From Asterias rubens (taxonomy: Eukaryota), in contig NC_047075.1 of assembly GCF_902459465.1 (NCBI RefSeq), positions 13,020,001 through 13,084,000 of the forward strand: 64,000 nt of DNA, written 5' to 3'. Within the stretch, counting starts at the first letter, position 1; each line of letters begins with the position of its first letter. Positions 1 to 12,429 of this stretch are shown one piece after another. The position numbers and the translations under genes were made by a program. The notes beneath the pieces are model-generated. The model was not told the origin of the DNA. It saw only the letters and a program-made list of their open reading frames with translations, and searched no databases.

Positions 1-1027
1 TTTCGTCAAACCACTCAGTAGAAAGTGCCTCTTTTTCACCGTTTATGACTTGTTGGAGTTACCTTGAAGTCTATCTAGTGGTAAGCATGGATTTTATTGT
101 AATGGTATTGTAGATTAATTTTCAGTAAAATGTTGTCTAATTAGCATGTATTTTTCAGTCATGTTTTCCCGCCGTATCATTTTCCGCCTTCTAGTTTTTC
201 TCTCATTTACGTAGTTTTCGTTCCTTTTGTTCCCTTGATTTATCATTTTTGTGTCAAGGCCATTGTTAAGCTGTTGGGTAGTTTAGTGAACTAGCTTGTC
301 CAGGCTCCCTTGCTTAGGGATGTTTACTCTTCAGGAAGTTCTAGGGCCTTTTATGGTTGTATAACTACGCTAGTTGTGTGAGTTTAAGACTTAGTTTTTG
401 TTTATAGCAGGGCTTGCCTAAACACTTCCACTCGCCATTTTTATTTTGGACGCTATGAATATTCATGAGCTTGTTTCCTTATTTGGGCCTTGCCTGCTTA
501 TGACTGGAGGGCTTTCACTCGCTGTGTGTATTGAGTGCATTAAATAATTTATGCATTGTTGTTTATTTTTAGGTTGAAGATGACGAGAAGAGTAGTGTTT
601 TGAGCAGAGGTTTATATTGTTGAGGACATCTTGAGCCCGAAGAGAGAACAATTCTGTAAGAGTAATTTCATGCTTGGGAAATTGTTATTTCTATAATTAA
701 GTGGTTTTTTGGTGATCTTTTTTAGTTATTTGTTATTCCGGATGTTGTTATTGTGCTATTAATCTTTATTCAGTTTGTACTGTATATTGCTCTGTACTTA
801 TAGTTGTACTTTCTGCATTAAACTTTCAGTTTTACCGTTTTGTGGTACACTACACATTGGTTATCTGTTTGGAGTAGAGGGCGCCCCGGCTCCCCAAGTC
901 CTTCACAGTATGCATATGTTGGGATACACCAAGTGAGTCTTTGACAATTACCAAACGTGTCCAGTGCCTTTATTATTATTATTATTAGTATTGTTTGGTT
1001 TATTTCAGAAATAAAAACATCACAGCC

Positions 1028-1352
1028 TTAAAGGAACATTGCAGACTTGGTTTTTGCTAACAAAACAGTTGCTGGCAGTGTAAGCACTTATAGCCCACCA
1101 TACACATAAACTGACAAACCTGTAGAAGTTTGAGATCGATCGGCCATCTGGGTCACGAGAAAATAGTGAAAAACCGATTACACATTTGCATGAATAAAAC
1201 GCATGAATAAAACGCTCACTGAGCGGAAATCGGAAAATAGTTTTATTTATTTCTCATCAAATATGGTATTTCAAACAGAAATATTTATAGGGATGTTTTC
1301 TACTATCATCATTATTAGACCGTGTGAGGTTTATGTAAATCTGTGATCTTAA
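1028..1352. mobile_element. TTAA-flanked non-autonomous DNA transposon (Kolobok/piggyBac-like MITE), degenerate right end
   Basis: Starts ttaa|aggaacattgcag and ends ...ctgtgatc|ttaa. Same terminus style (TTAA + AGG) as the elements at 22225-23092. The end of a related element (ttaccaaacgtgtccagtgccttt) lies at about 945-971. Confidence 0.4.
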
Positions 1353-1363
1353 AGAAAATTTAA

Positions 1364-1555
1364 CTCAGACATGGACAACAATCAACTCGGACGTGGACAA
1401 CAATGACAGCAACTCGGACACGGACAACAATAACAGCAACTCAGACATGGACAACAAAGACAGCAACACAGACACGGACAACAATAACAGCAACTCAGAC
1501 ACGGACAACAATGACAGCAACACAGACACGGACAACAAGGACAGCAACAAGAAGG
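1364..1555. repeat. 27-bp minisatellite (gacacggacaacaatgacagcaactca-like), about 7 copies
   Basis: Directly visible tandem units. They explain the D/N/S/T-rich and C-rich ORFs in the track. Confidence 0.85.
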
Positions 1556-1681
1556 ATGACAATGAAAGTAATAAACAAAAAACAAAGCTAAAAATACAAA
1601 AAAGGTAAAACCATGCGCAGTATAACAAAAATGGAAGCTGGAAAAACCCTTTACTCTATTAACTGTTATTTGCATTCCATA

Positions 1682-1882
1682 GGGCGTTTACGAAACGGAG
1701 GCTCAGGCTCAGGCTTAAGCTTCAGAAACGTCGGCCATATTGAAGCCTCACGAAGCCTTTGCGAATCCACCCCTTACCGAGGCTTCGTCAGGCTCCGCTT
1801 TGGGTCAAATTCCGAAGCCTGAGGCTTCAATATGGCAGACGTTTCTGAAGCCTGAGCCTGAGCCTCCATTTCATAAACGCCC
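1682..1882. mobile_element. Palindromic MITE with ~65-bp terminal inverted repeats (PIF/Harbinger-like termini)
   Basis: Left gggcgtttacgaaacggaggctcaggctcagg...ttcagaaacgtcggccatattgaagcctc is the near-reverse-complement of right gaggcttcaatatggcagacgtttctgaagcctgagcctgagcctccatttcataaacgccc. Confidence 0.8.
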
Positions 1883-2199
1883 CATGGTCTACAGAGATAG
1901 GTACAGGACTGTTTTTATACCGTTAGGTTAGTTTTGCAGCGAGGAATGGAGAGGTGCATCGCCCCTGTTTCTTAATTTAAAGACTGTTATACAGTGAGGT
2001 CCGAGTTTGGCAAAAGTGAAACTGTTCAAATAACAAAAAGTTGAACACAAAATAAAATTAAGTAGTGTTTTTACAGATTTAAACGTTGAGCTATCTTGCC
2101 ATGTGTTGTCAGTTGAAGGAAATAAAATGTTTCGTGTAAAATGAACTCCTGTATAACTTTTCCCGTACATTTTTCTTTTAGTCAATATAGACCATTAAG

Positions 2200-3116
2200 T
2201 TTGTTAGTTAACAATATTGGTACATTCCAGATAGTGCCGGGACGTTAGTTTCAAACTTTTTTGGAGGTTATGCGAACGTTATTTTTCTGTAATTGAACTT
2301 TGCCAGAATGATATTTAAGTTCAAATTGGGACGTTGCCGGAACGTTAATTTGGAACATTTTGCGACGTAATTTAGTTCAAATCGGGACGTTGTCAGAACG
2401 TTAAATTTGTTACATTTTGCGACGTTACTGGAACGTTAATTTAGTTCAAATTGGGACGTTGTCAGAACATTAAATTTGGAACATTTTGCGACGTTTCTGA
2501 AATGTTAATTTAGCAGAAATTGAGACGTTGCTGGAACGTTAGTTTATACAATTTTGCGACGTTGCTGGAACGTTAATTTCGAACATTTTGGGAGGTTGCA
2601 GGAACGTTAATTTTGCACATATTGGGACGATGCTGGAACGTTTATTTATAACATTGAGACGAAGTAGCATCGTAAGTTAACAACATATTGGGAGGTTGTC
2701 AGAAGGTTAATTTTGGATGTGGTATGGACGTTGGCTTACAACGTTAGAAACAACGTCACAACATCAAGAAAAGTCTACACAAATTCGTTAACACAACGTT
2801 ACACATCAACGTTGCAACAACAGAAAATGTACAGATGCAACAACGTTCTCGCAATGTTTTTTTTAACACGTTGCTGGAACGTTAACTTACAACATTGAGA
2901 CGTTGTAGGAACGTTAATTAATAACATATTGTGATGTTGTCAGAAAGTTAATTTTGGATGTGGTATGGACGTTGGCTCACAACGTTAGAGACAACGTTGT
3001 CAAAACATCAAGAAGAGTCCACACAAATTCGTTGCCACAACATTACACATCAACGTTGCCACAACAAAAAAGTAACGTTGTAACAACGTTCTCGCAATGT
3101 TTTTTGGTTAGCTGGG
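2200..3116. mobile_element. One end of a CACTA/EnSpm-like DNA transposon: array of short subterminal repeats ending in ...ggttagctggg
   Basis: Dozens of gggacgttg/ggaacgttaa motifs in both orientations, plus an internal ~241-bp direct duplication (2695-2760 vs 2935-3000). The terminus reads CCCAGCTAACC on the minus strand, like CCC-starting animal EnSpm elements. The partner terminus was not found in the window. Confidence 0.55.
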
Positions 3117-3290
3117 TTTTGATCTCAGCGAAGGTGCTGTTTTAGCTTGTGCTGTAATATACAAGGGGTTCAATCTATTCAGCTTTTATAAGAAGACAGC
3201 AGCAGAAATCATAATAAAACATTGTACTTTGTCACAAGTTTCCCTGTTGCTGTTGTTGAGAGATCTTTCTGAAAATATGTTTTAATGCAG

Positions 3291-6200
3291 ATGATGACAA
3301 CATAGAAATGGACGATGACATCAGCAACCTACTGCGGCAGGTTAATGCTTCCTCTAAAGATGGTATGCAGCATAAAGTTGGATCAGTTGTTGAAGGTCAG
3401 TATCATTTCAAATATCAAGCTTCACTTGAGACTACCACACTTAATTAGGCACAGATTAAGTGGTCTGTTAAGTGGGCAGGATCATATTTTATCATTCAAT
3501 TATCAAAATGCCTCTTTCTTTGCTTCCCTTGGGCTGCGTTTAGCGTGTATTACATTTTGTGGGCAAAGTAGTCAGACACATGCTCACTTTTTATTGTGTA
3601 ACAACAACTATTTAGCTTAGTATTGAATCAGACAACTAAGTTTGCCACAAAACAGAATAATCTAATCCCCTTGTTTCATAGTCTAAGCATAATGTTTGTG
3701 CCAGTGTGGATTAACCGACTGGAACAAACCTGTACTATGATACTTCGGACAGTTTATAGATTCTGATTGGTCAACACTTGATCACATGGGATCGATGTAG
3801 TTCAACATGTGATACAATGGAAATTAGCAAATGTCCCCTGAACCAGCATTATGTACAACTAGTCATGTTTGGCCTTTGTGCTGTATACCATGTTTATGCA
3901 TTGGCAGTCGCCTACGCTCTGAAAATGTATCCGTTTTGAAGTAATATAGGTGCGCGCGTATTTATAGACTCATATTTACAGATATGGTGTTGTTTACATT
4001 CAGCTGAGCTCACAGTTGACAACAAAAAAGTAAAGCCATTATAAATAAAGCGTGACCCAACAAACCTTGCATATAAACTAATGTGACAGAATTGCTTTCC
4101 TACTTTACAGCTCACAATGACGATACTCCTAGTACTTCACAGAGGAGATTCTCAGTAAGGAAAGGAAGGTGGCCCCATACATTTAAAGCTGCATTGAATG
4201 AAAACCGTAGGCCATCACCTAAAGATAGACTGTTGACACAAAAAAATCATTGTGGATGAGTTTATCCATTGCGGAGAGATACATTGTAGGTCAATTTTCA
4301 AAGCCATAGCAAACACTGTCGTTGATATGTCTCCAGCATCATTCGAAAACGATTCTGGAACGGGTGTTAAAGGGTTTGCCCGATCGCTGGAAACAACATA
4401 CTATAATCACCACTCAATTCGTCATGCAATGGCTGAAAAACGGAAGCAGCGTGCTTTGAATAGCACTACAAGTAAATGCCCCAGAAAAACTCCTGTGAAA
4501 GATTCTTATGGCTGTTCACAGTGGCAACCCACAGCATTTTCTGATGGAGAGGGCCAGGAGTCAATGGAGGAAAAGAAAACCTGGCTGCAGCATGAGTATC
4601 AGAAGAGAGACAAAAACATCTCTAGAGTTGTAGAGCACATGAAATCTACATATATCAACCAACGATATGAAATCAACAAGCAGCCAGCATCTCTGCATGA
4701 TGTAAAGCAGTCATGGCCTTTCTTATTTCAGCCTCGCCATTTGTCAGATCATTTCCAGTATCTTGTTGGACAAGAGACCAATACCGTGTTCACAAGCAAT
4801 GTAGCATCAAAGTGCAGCTCTATTCTTCAATTCATGAGTGAAAAGAAGAAAATCAGCGACCGATGGCAGTTACTCATTAAAGATGGTTCTGCTGATTCAC
4901 CCTCTCAAGCAACCGTATCGTCTTGTTCGGCTATTTGCACTTTCCCACAATATTTTAGGGAGGAGGACTTCTTCTTGTAGGGATATAAGGTACTTTAATG
5001 TTAATTGGTTTTACCCTTATGCCAATGTGTGATAAGCACTATAATCTGTTCTTTTAATCCACAGGTATGTTACCTAAGTGGGATTCAAATCCAAGGCGCT
5101 GTAATCTTGAGCAGATGTCTTACCTACTAAACCACCAGACACTGAATTTACACACAAAAATAGGTCACTTGCTACTCCCACATAAACTTGCTGACATGAG
5201 TGGAATCTGTCCGTGACATCTTCATTACATATGAACTATTCCACCAAGTATTTGTTCTGTGACAGGGTCTGCCAATTGTCAGTTTTTTTTATTTAAATTG
5301 TATGAGATATCTCCCAACTCACAAGGCCGGACGGCTATCGACCCAAATCAACTGTCACCAGGGACATGTTGCCGCCGAGAGACTTTGCAGAGATGTCAAA
5401 GGAAAGCCCGGTTTTGGTCTGTGCAGGTAACTAAGGATAGCACAAAAAGAATTGTTCACTTTTAGAAGTCACTGTCATTAAAACAAAAAGTTAATTCACA
5501 ACCTATAAAAAAATTGTAAAAATTAAATGTTGGATCAATAGGTCAGGCTTAGTGTTTGGTCTCATATTAACGAGACCTGCTAAATAATTGTAAATCAGCA
5601 TTAACAGACCCTGGATCATTTACACTTCATTATAAAGTGTTCAGAAGTGTTTGGCACATTTCCAAGGGTAAATTATTTGCTGCAAAATTATGTCACTTTG
5701 CAGGAAATATGGACTGGGCTTTGTGTGGATATATACCAACAAATTTTAGTGTCAAATTTATTAGGACGAATACAAAATTAGGGTTGGAGTTTTAGTTGGA
5801 TTCATAGTCTTGTTCCTCTTTTTGTTACGTACTTTGAATTTTGTTTACTACAGGTCCCAATCCGTTCAGTGCAACGAAGTTTGCAATTTGTATAGATGGC
5901 GAACCACAGATTAAAGCTACCTCGTTATTACAAGGTATTGAGCTTTGGTTTGTCTCATTTTATGTTTTCAACATAAAATACCCCGCAGAAATTGCTGCGA
6001 CTCTGGAATTCTTGCAGAGGTAAGTTTTTATAACAATTCTTGAAATACTCATTTAATACACTTGTTGCATTGATTCGTCCTGCCACCTTCTTAGAGGTAA
6101 AACAGTAATGAAACAATGGAAATGTAAACCTAAGCACTGGATGATCCAATAATCAACTGGTTTTCACCTCTACTTGAAGGCGATAGCAAAGGGTTGCCCT

Positions 6201-6774
6201 ACTGCAGTTTTTGTCATATTCATTATGTCTATTATTGAAGCAAAGTGTCAACTTAAGTTAACATGTGTTTCATTCCTTTTTTTAATGATCTGAATTATAG
6301 TGGAACCACCATTGCAGCTTATTAATCTTGGCTAATTAAATTTAAGTTGCTGGATAATTTGCATTATGAAAAAAACAGTTAACTGACCTAAGATTTAGAA
6401 AAGTAGGCCTCTCAAATGTTGACATCGATGGCCAGTTCCATTTTATCAGTTCAAAAAATTCAGTGTGACCTTTTGGAAGGTATAGCAATTTATATTTGTT
6501 AAAATCAAATTATGATGTTTTCTTCTGAAAGTCAAGGGGGTGGGGAGGGGATTTACGTCCACTTTTGAGGCCCCAAGAAGCAGAAACTGGGTTCATGTCT
6601 ACAAAATTACCCGTTATTGCACGTATCTTTTGTGTCAATTTACCCAGATTGTTTTTTGAGATACGACCAGACCGTGGCTCAAAAAGAGACAAGAACACAT
6701 CTGGAGGACTGAACAACAAGGTTATCAGTCTTTGTAACAAATTAAAAGACCGTGAACAGAAGTGGGCCCTGTAG
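3291..6774 (+). pseudogene. SAMD3-like (transposon-associated 'sterile alpha motif domain-containing 3-like') gene, spliced, frameshifted
   Basis: Exons with AG/GT ends at 3291-3362, 4111-4989, ~5362-5426, 5854-6019 and 6648-6774. Family motifs: DSYGCSQWQP, MKSTYINQRYEIN, WPFLF, SPVLVCA|GPNPF, YVFNIKYP..TLEFLQR|LFFEIRPDRGSK..NKVISL. There is a frameshift in the A-run near 4240 and an in-frame TAG at 4978-4980. Confidence 0.75.
5075..5140 (-). mobile_element. tRNA-derived SINE head
   Basis: The minus strand reads tggtggtttagtaggtaag (A-box-like) ... ggatttgaatccc (B-box-like). It has no cloverleaf. Confidence 0.5.
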
Positions 6775-7069
6775 AAGCAAAAATCTCACACACTTACGCT
6801 ATCAGGGTGTGTACAACATTGGTAAGGTTGAAACTATAAATGTTCACAGATTTGCACTTAACTTACATGGTATAAAGATGGTCACGGTGGAAAACTTCCA
6901 TTGGAATAGTTTTTGCTTTAAATGCCACAGTTTTTAGGAAATGAGTAAAACAACTGTCTTTATCCTGCAGGATAAAACCCGATGTTTGAAAAAAAGTTAA
7001 AATACATAATGGGGTTTTTCACTGTTTTCTCATGACTCTTAAACTTTCACAGGTTTGTTATTTCATGTA

Positions 7070-7300
7070 TACAGAGTGAGTCAGAAAAAATGTCCCACTT
7101 TTTAAAAGTTGTATTTTTTGAAGTATGAATTTTTAATCATGGGTTTCATGATATGTCTTGATAGAGTTATCCTCACAGTACATTTAGGTACCATTTTCAT
7201 TTGAATCTCTGCATGCATGACTGAACATCAGACAATCTTTACAAGACAGCCAGATCTCACTTGCGCCAAGTTACTGGGTGAGGAATAAAACAATGCATTG
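7070..7300. mobile_element. Possible Tc1/mariner-type transposon end (TA + CAGAGTG...)
   Basis: ta|cagagtgagtcagaaaaaatgtccc resembles Tc1/mariner termini. The matching other end was not found. Confidence 0.3.
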
Positions 7301-9808
7301 AACAAAGACAGCTAGACTGACAAAAACACACAAAGGGAAAGATTGTCAGTGAATTGCCACTTAAACATTCAGCGATCTTGATAAAAATCAATGCTTATAA
7401 TGAAACAATTGTTACCGTGTGTGTTGTTTGTGTGTGTGCGTCTGTTTATGGTGCACAGTGAGGACACATACATAAATACACACCCGCCAACTGTGGTCAT
7501 GCATCGAATCGAGGACGTCCTCGATTAGAAACGCCGTTGAATTATTAATAGCTCAGTATAGAAAGTTTGATGACTTATATTCCTAGCTCCAAAAATAAGA
7601 AAGTCCTCGATTCAGCGATCATATGCGACCCGTGTGTTGGCATTGGCATCTTACTGTGGACTCCTACCAGTTTGCACACCAACATTCTGTGGACAGTTGA
7701 CTTTCTGTGGACATACACCAGGTCCACAGAAGGAATAAGCTTTATTTTAATGAAAATCATGGGACAAGTCTATTTAAAAAATTTTATCAAGTCCACAGAA
7801 AACACGATTGTTACCTATAAATGCATAACTTACTGTGGACTTCTAGAAATTACATAAATGCTGCCCTCTGTTGCCCTCTGCTCTCCAGTTGAACTTTTAA
7901 CCAATCAAAGTTTGGGCATTTTATCACGTGATCTGCCTTCCATGTGTTTTGTCAGCCATTTTGATTGCATACAAGAAGAGTCATCGCCTGGATATTTGTT
8001 TTGTTTTTACAGTAAGTGTAACTTGATGCTTTTCTTTAGTTTAAAGGAAAATAAGGAAAGAACATTTAGGGGCTCAAAAGTTATGTTAGTGTTCATTTGT
8101 TTGATTTTTTTGCGTTCTAATTTGTATTTAGGCCCCATAACAAGTTACATTTACAATCAATCATGCATGCAGCATGAAGTGATGGTACAGCAGGCATCAT
8201 GGGCATATGCCTACGTACAGGCCCTAGCCCTAACCCTAGCTCTAAGTCCAATTTTGCCGGTTTTCTGGCTTCCAGTTATTCCAGGTCATGCAGGTTCTGG
8301 ATAGCTGTAACGTTAGCCTGTAGTGCAAATAGAACAATTCGTCAACTCCATTTCGATTCAGATTTAGAATTAGATAAAGCAGTGGATATTTTACCGGCAA
8401 CGGCATTAACTTACTTTTTTTGTCGATGTTAGTTTGCCGGCAGCTGTCTTTGATAGGTCAATTTTGCTGGCTTTTTGTTAGTTTGCCGGAGGTCAGTAGT
8501 CTGCTCAGTACACGCTAGCGAGCGTTCAGGCCATGTTTCCACTGACCATGCTGACTGTCAGTTTAGATGAAACCACGGTGTATTTTCAAGCACGGCTTTG
8601 AAGGCCTAAATTGGTGTACTTTGCTGAGGTCAAGAACAACTAATATAAATTGTATAATTTTTTTTTTTTTTCATTCAGTTCAGTCAGGTTTTTGCAGTAA
8701 GAAGGCCCAATTTGCACGTACTGTGAAAACTTAGCATTTTGGACCTGGGTTGGGGTTGGGCTGTTTTGGCGACAATGATGAGACTGATGTTAAAAAAGAG
8801 CCATATATTTAAACTAGTTATAATACAAGTTCAGCTTAATAACTTGTTGGGCTTGTACTATTTGAATAGTAGAGTTTGTTATTAGTTATCTCCATCTAGT
8901 AGAATCTAGACTTCATAGGCCTATCAACAATTGTACTTTGTAAGTTCTAGGCCTATAAAAAGTGTTTAGTAATAGTTTGTAGTATAATGATTCTTGGCTG
9001 TACCGAGTGATCCTTAACTGATTGAACTCAGTCATGCCAGTGATTGGCCTATTTAAAAACAAACACAAAATCAAAACAAAACACAACAAAATACTGACAA
9101 AAAGGGAAATTTCCAAAGCGAGCAGGCTTAAAACATTTCAAACTTTACTCTCATTTTGTGGGCACAGGTCAAAGAATAAAGAATGCAAAGTGACAGACCA
9201 CGAGTACCTAGAACCACTACAATTCAGGCTGTCATTGGGACTGTCACAGAAGACAGTCTGCAATATTTCATTAGGATCATACGTCGCCCGGAACAAGAAA
9301 GACAGCAATACATAATTCGGTCAATACATGTGATTATGATCTTATTACTTTTGCTTATAATCACTCTGCTGATTATTTTAATGTTTAGGCCTGCAATAGT
9401 AATTAAAGGTAAGTGTGAAATTCTGCTGTCGCATTTACACTTACAGGGATACTTTACAATCAGATTACTTATTGAAAAATAAAATAATTGGAAAAAAAAT
9501 AACAACAATCCAGAGATAAATACGGAACAACATTTTATCTGGGCTCAGTTATAAAGTCTTGTAAAAAAGCTGCATTTCTCTATGTCTTATCCAACCAGTA
9601 GGCTATTTCTAATAACAAGAGATTTCAGTATCATTAACTAAACCTTTGTAAAAGTACCATCACATTCCCATCCTGTTACAAAAAAGACAAAACAAATAAA
9701 AACAAAATTAATAAAATGCATGAAATAAGATAAAAAAGAAAAGTTCAAAATTTTGGGTCAAATTACGACTTCAAGAAATGCATTTATCTATTTTTTTTGC
9801 AGAACAAC

Positions 9809-12197
9809 ATGGCCAAGCGTAGCTTACGTCTAGCCCATCAAGCTCAACTAACGGATGCCAAGTCATACATTGCAAAACCAGATAGGGAGGGATTTGAAGT
9901 AAGACACATAAACAAATACATTGGTGAGTAATCACAAAATAAATCTGCTGATCTGGAATGTTCAAATAGTTGTTAAGTTTTAGTAATTTTATATAATTAT
10001 GCCAAGTTTTTCAACATGTTAACATTAACACCAAGCTTTTGTTTGTACTGGATTTTTTTTATACAAGTGTACCAACTCATACCTTTTCCTTTTGCTTTCA
10101 CAGCCATGTTAATTTTTAAATCTCACTTCCACAGTTTTGGTATACACCTCTTTATTCTTCAAAACATAGACTATTCACGCCAATGCATTTTGCTAGTTTT
10201 ACTCAGTGGTGTCAATTGGAATACATGTAGTTCTGATGTAACTAACATTTTAATTCCATGTTTTTGAACGTCTCAAATTTAATTTCAAACAGCTGCACTT
10301 GTTGAATATGTTTAAGTAATTCCATGAATGTCTTTGCTCTTTTCAGGGCGTGGTGTTTTTACAACCACACACTTTAACAAAGGAGACTTTTTACTAGAGT
10401 ATGTTGGGGAAAGAATTACGAAAAAAGAGGGCCTGAAAAGGGAAAAAGACTACAAGGCCTCTCAAGGGAGCTTTCTTTTTTTCTTCCACGATGGGCAAGG
10501 ACCTAAATGGTAAGAAAATAAAGACATTCTATCATGTTCTTCAACATCATCTCTTAGCTTATTAATGCCACATGTAGTTATAATCTAAGACTGATACTAC
10601 ACCAGCCACCAACTATTTCGAACATACTCTTGTGTACTGAAAGGTCATCATGGGTGCAAGTCTTGCCCATTTTTGTTTGTAGCCCCCAACTCGAAAACAC
10701 CCACAAACATAATAACTATCTCGAGCATAACATTGGTGTGGAGTATTACAAACAATTGATTAAACAACTCAAAACCCAAAGCACATGAATTACAAAGTGA
10801 TTGAACTGTTGCAGTACAATACATATGTTTCTTTCCTTCCTTCCATTTGTTTTTTAGTATTGATGCAACCAATGCAACTGGTCAGGCTCGAATGGTGAAT
10901 GATGCAGTGGGAAAAGCTGTTAACTGTAAGATGGTTCTTTTTCACGGCAGCATATGTCTCTTTGCAGTAAAAGATATCCAGCCAGGGAAAGAGTTGCGAT
11001 ATGATTATGGGGTTGTTGATTTACCATGGAGAAAGGTTTGTAACTCTTTATTTTAAATATACATTTTAAATCAGTGTTTTGCTAATGACTTCAGCAGATT
11101 AAATTCCCATGCCCAATACCAACGTTCATAACAGGTTCCTCAAAATGTCCTCTCACGCTTGAGGTGTGACATTGAAGAAAAGATGAAATATTTTGTCATC
11201 TGTTAATTTCAGTGTTTTCATTCTACATGATTTTTTTGAACATCATTTGATAACTCGTTCTCGGTCAGTGGAAACCTGCTATATCATCCAATGAGAAAAA
11301 AAACCCAAAAAAAACCCAGGTATTCAGTTGTTGATCAACAAACTAGGTATTTTATTTCAAATAGTTGAGAGGTACATGTATATATCTATTCTACAAAAAA
11401 AGAAAAGATCTCAAAGAGCTGGGGAGAAAAAATGTAGCCAAACTGCAGATGGTTCAGCTGAGGAATATCTAGAAAGTTTAACTTTTTGCGGCCTAAGGAA
11501 GGTTAGTAACTATTTACTTGTATTTTCGTTTATATCTTTGATTTTAGAACAATTGAAAAGTGGATGATGTGCAAAATGGTCTAAAAAGTACAGTTCACAT
11601 GACAATGGGTTTAGAAAGAGGGTCGTCCCTCATCTTGCCTGAAAAGATGAGCCTACTTTCAGTTTGCCTTTTTATGGAAGTTTACAGAAAATGCTGTTGC
11701 TTCAGATTTGTTAATTGAATAGTAATGTGAAATGCAGCAGCATGTATTTCACAATGTCTTAGAAGCAAATAACATATAAAAATGACTAATTATCATAGTT
11801 TTTGATTTGTCAGCAATGGAATAAAGTCGCATTAGTTTTCAGATATCATTTGTATCCAAAGGCTATAAGAAAACATCCAGTCTTGAACAGCTCCGTTATG
11901 TCTTTATTAGCTGTTTAAACACCCCCACGTGACATGCTCTCCACAAATAGAACATCGATCAAACTGGAAGGCTCATTAATTTTTGTTTTGGAAAAATAGA
12001 TTCTACTGGAGTTTATAAATTATATTTCTTGATTACATGTAAAACCTGTAATTCCTTAAAATACTTGCAGGAATCATTTGGCCGTAAACAAGGTCAGCCG
12101 ACATCTGCTACAGATTCAAGCTCTACACCGGCACACAACAACATGAGTGATGCAACAACCAATGCTGACAATGACATTGATAATGTTGAACAGGAAG
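9809..12197 (+). CDS. SET-domain lysine methyltransferase (KMT5A/PR-Set7-like, transposon-associated type), first five exons, open frame
   Basis: Exons 9809-9923, 10347-10509, 10858-11035, ~11403-11501 and 12071-12197 join in phase (1,2,0,0,1) with no stop. They read MAKRSLR..EGFEVRHINKYIG|RGVFTTTHFNKGDFLLEYVGE..FLFFF..PKC|IDAT..ARMVND..NCKM..ELRYDYG..LPWRK, followed by a low-complexity linker. The exon 4 acceptor is weak (A-rich). Confidence 0.85.
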
Positions 12198-12429
12198 GTA
12201 AGGAATCTCTCATTGTTCTATGAGTCTTATGATGAGGTGATTTCAACTGATGAAGCTTGAAAGAGTTGACAGTTATTTGGCTACAGAATCCTGCAGTCAC
12301 ACCTCTTTTTTTTAAGTAGCGTGATATATATGGCCCATAGTTACCAATCATATGGTATATCTACTGTGTTTGTCCACACCGGATTTGTCATGACCATGGA
12401 CCCTCTACCAGAGGGTCCTTGATGAAACT

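Noticed and set aside
1365-1675. Cys-rich (metallothionein/keratin-like) and Leu/Ser-rich ORFs
   Set aside because: They are antisense translations of a 27-bp minisatellite.
8220-8248. Telomere-like ccctag/ccctaa repeats
   Set aside because: Only about four degenerate units inside a repeat-like region, so it is not a telomeric array.
9809-11035. Assigning the gene symbol KMT5A/SETD8, or SAMD3 for 3291-6774
   Set aside because: Only family-level similarity is visible. Orthology is unsupported, and both look like transposon-associated paralogues.
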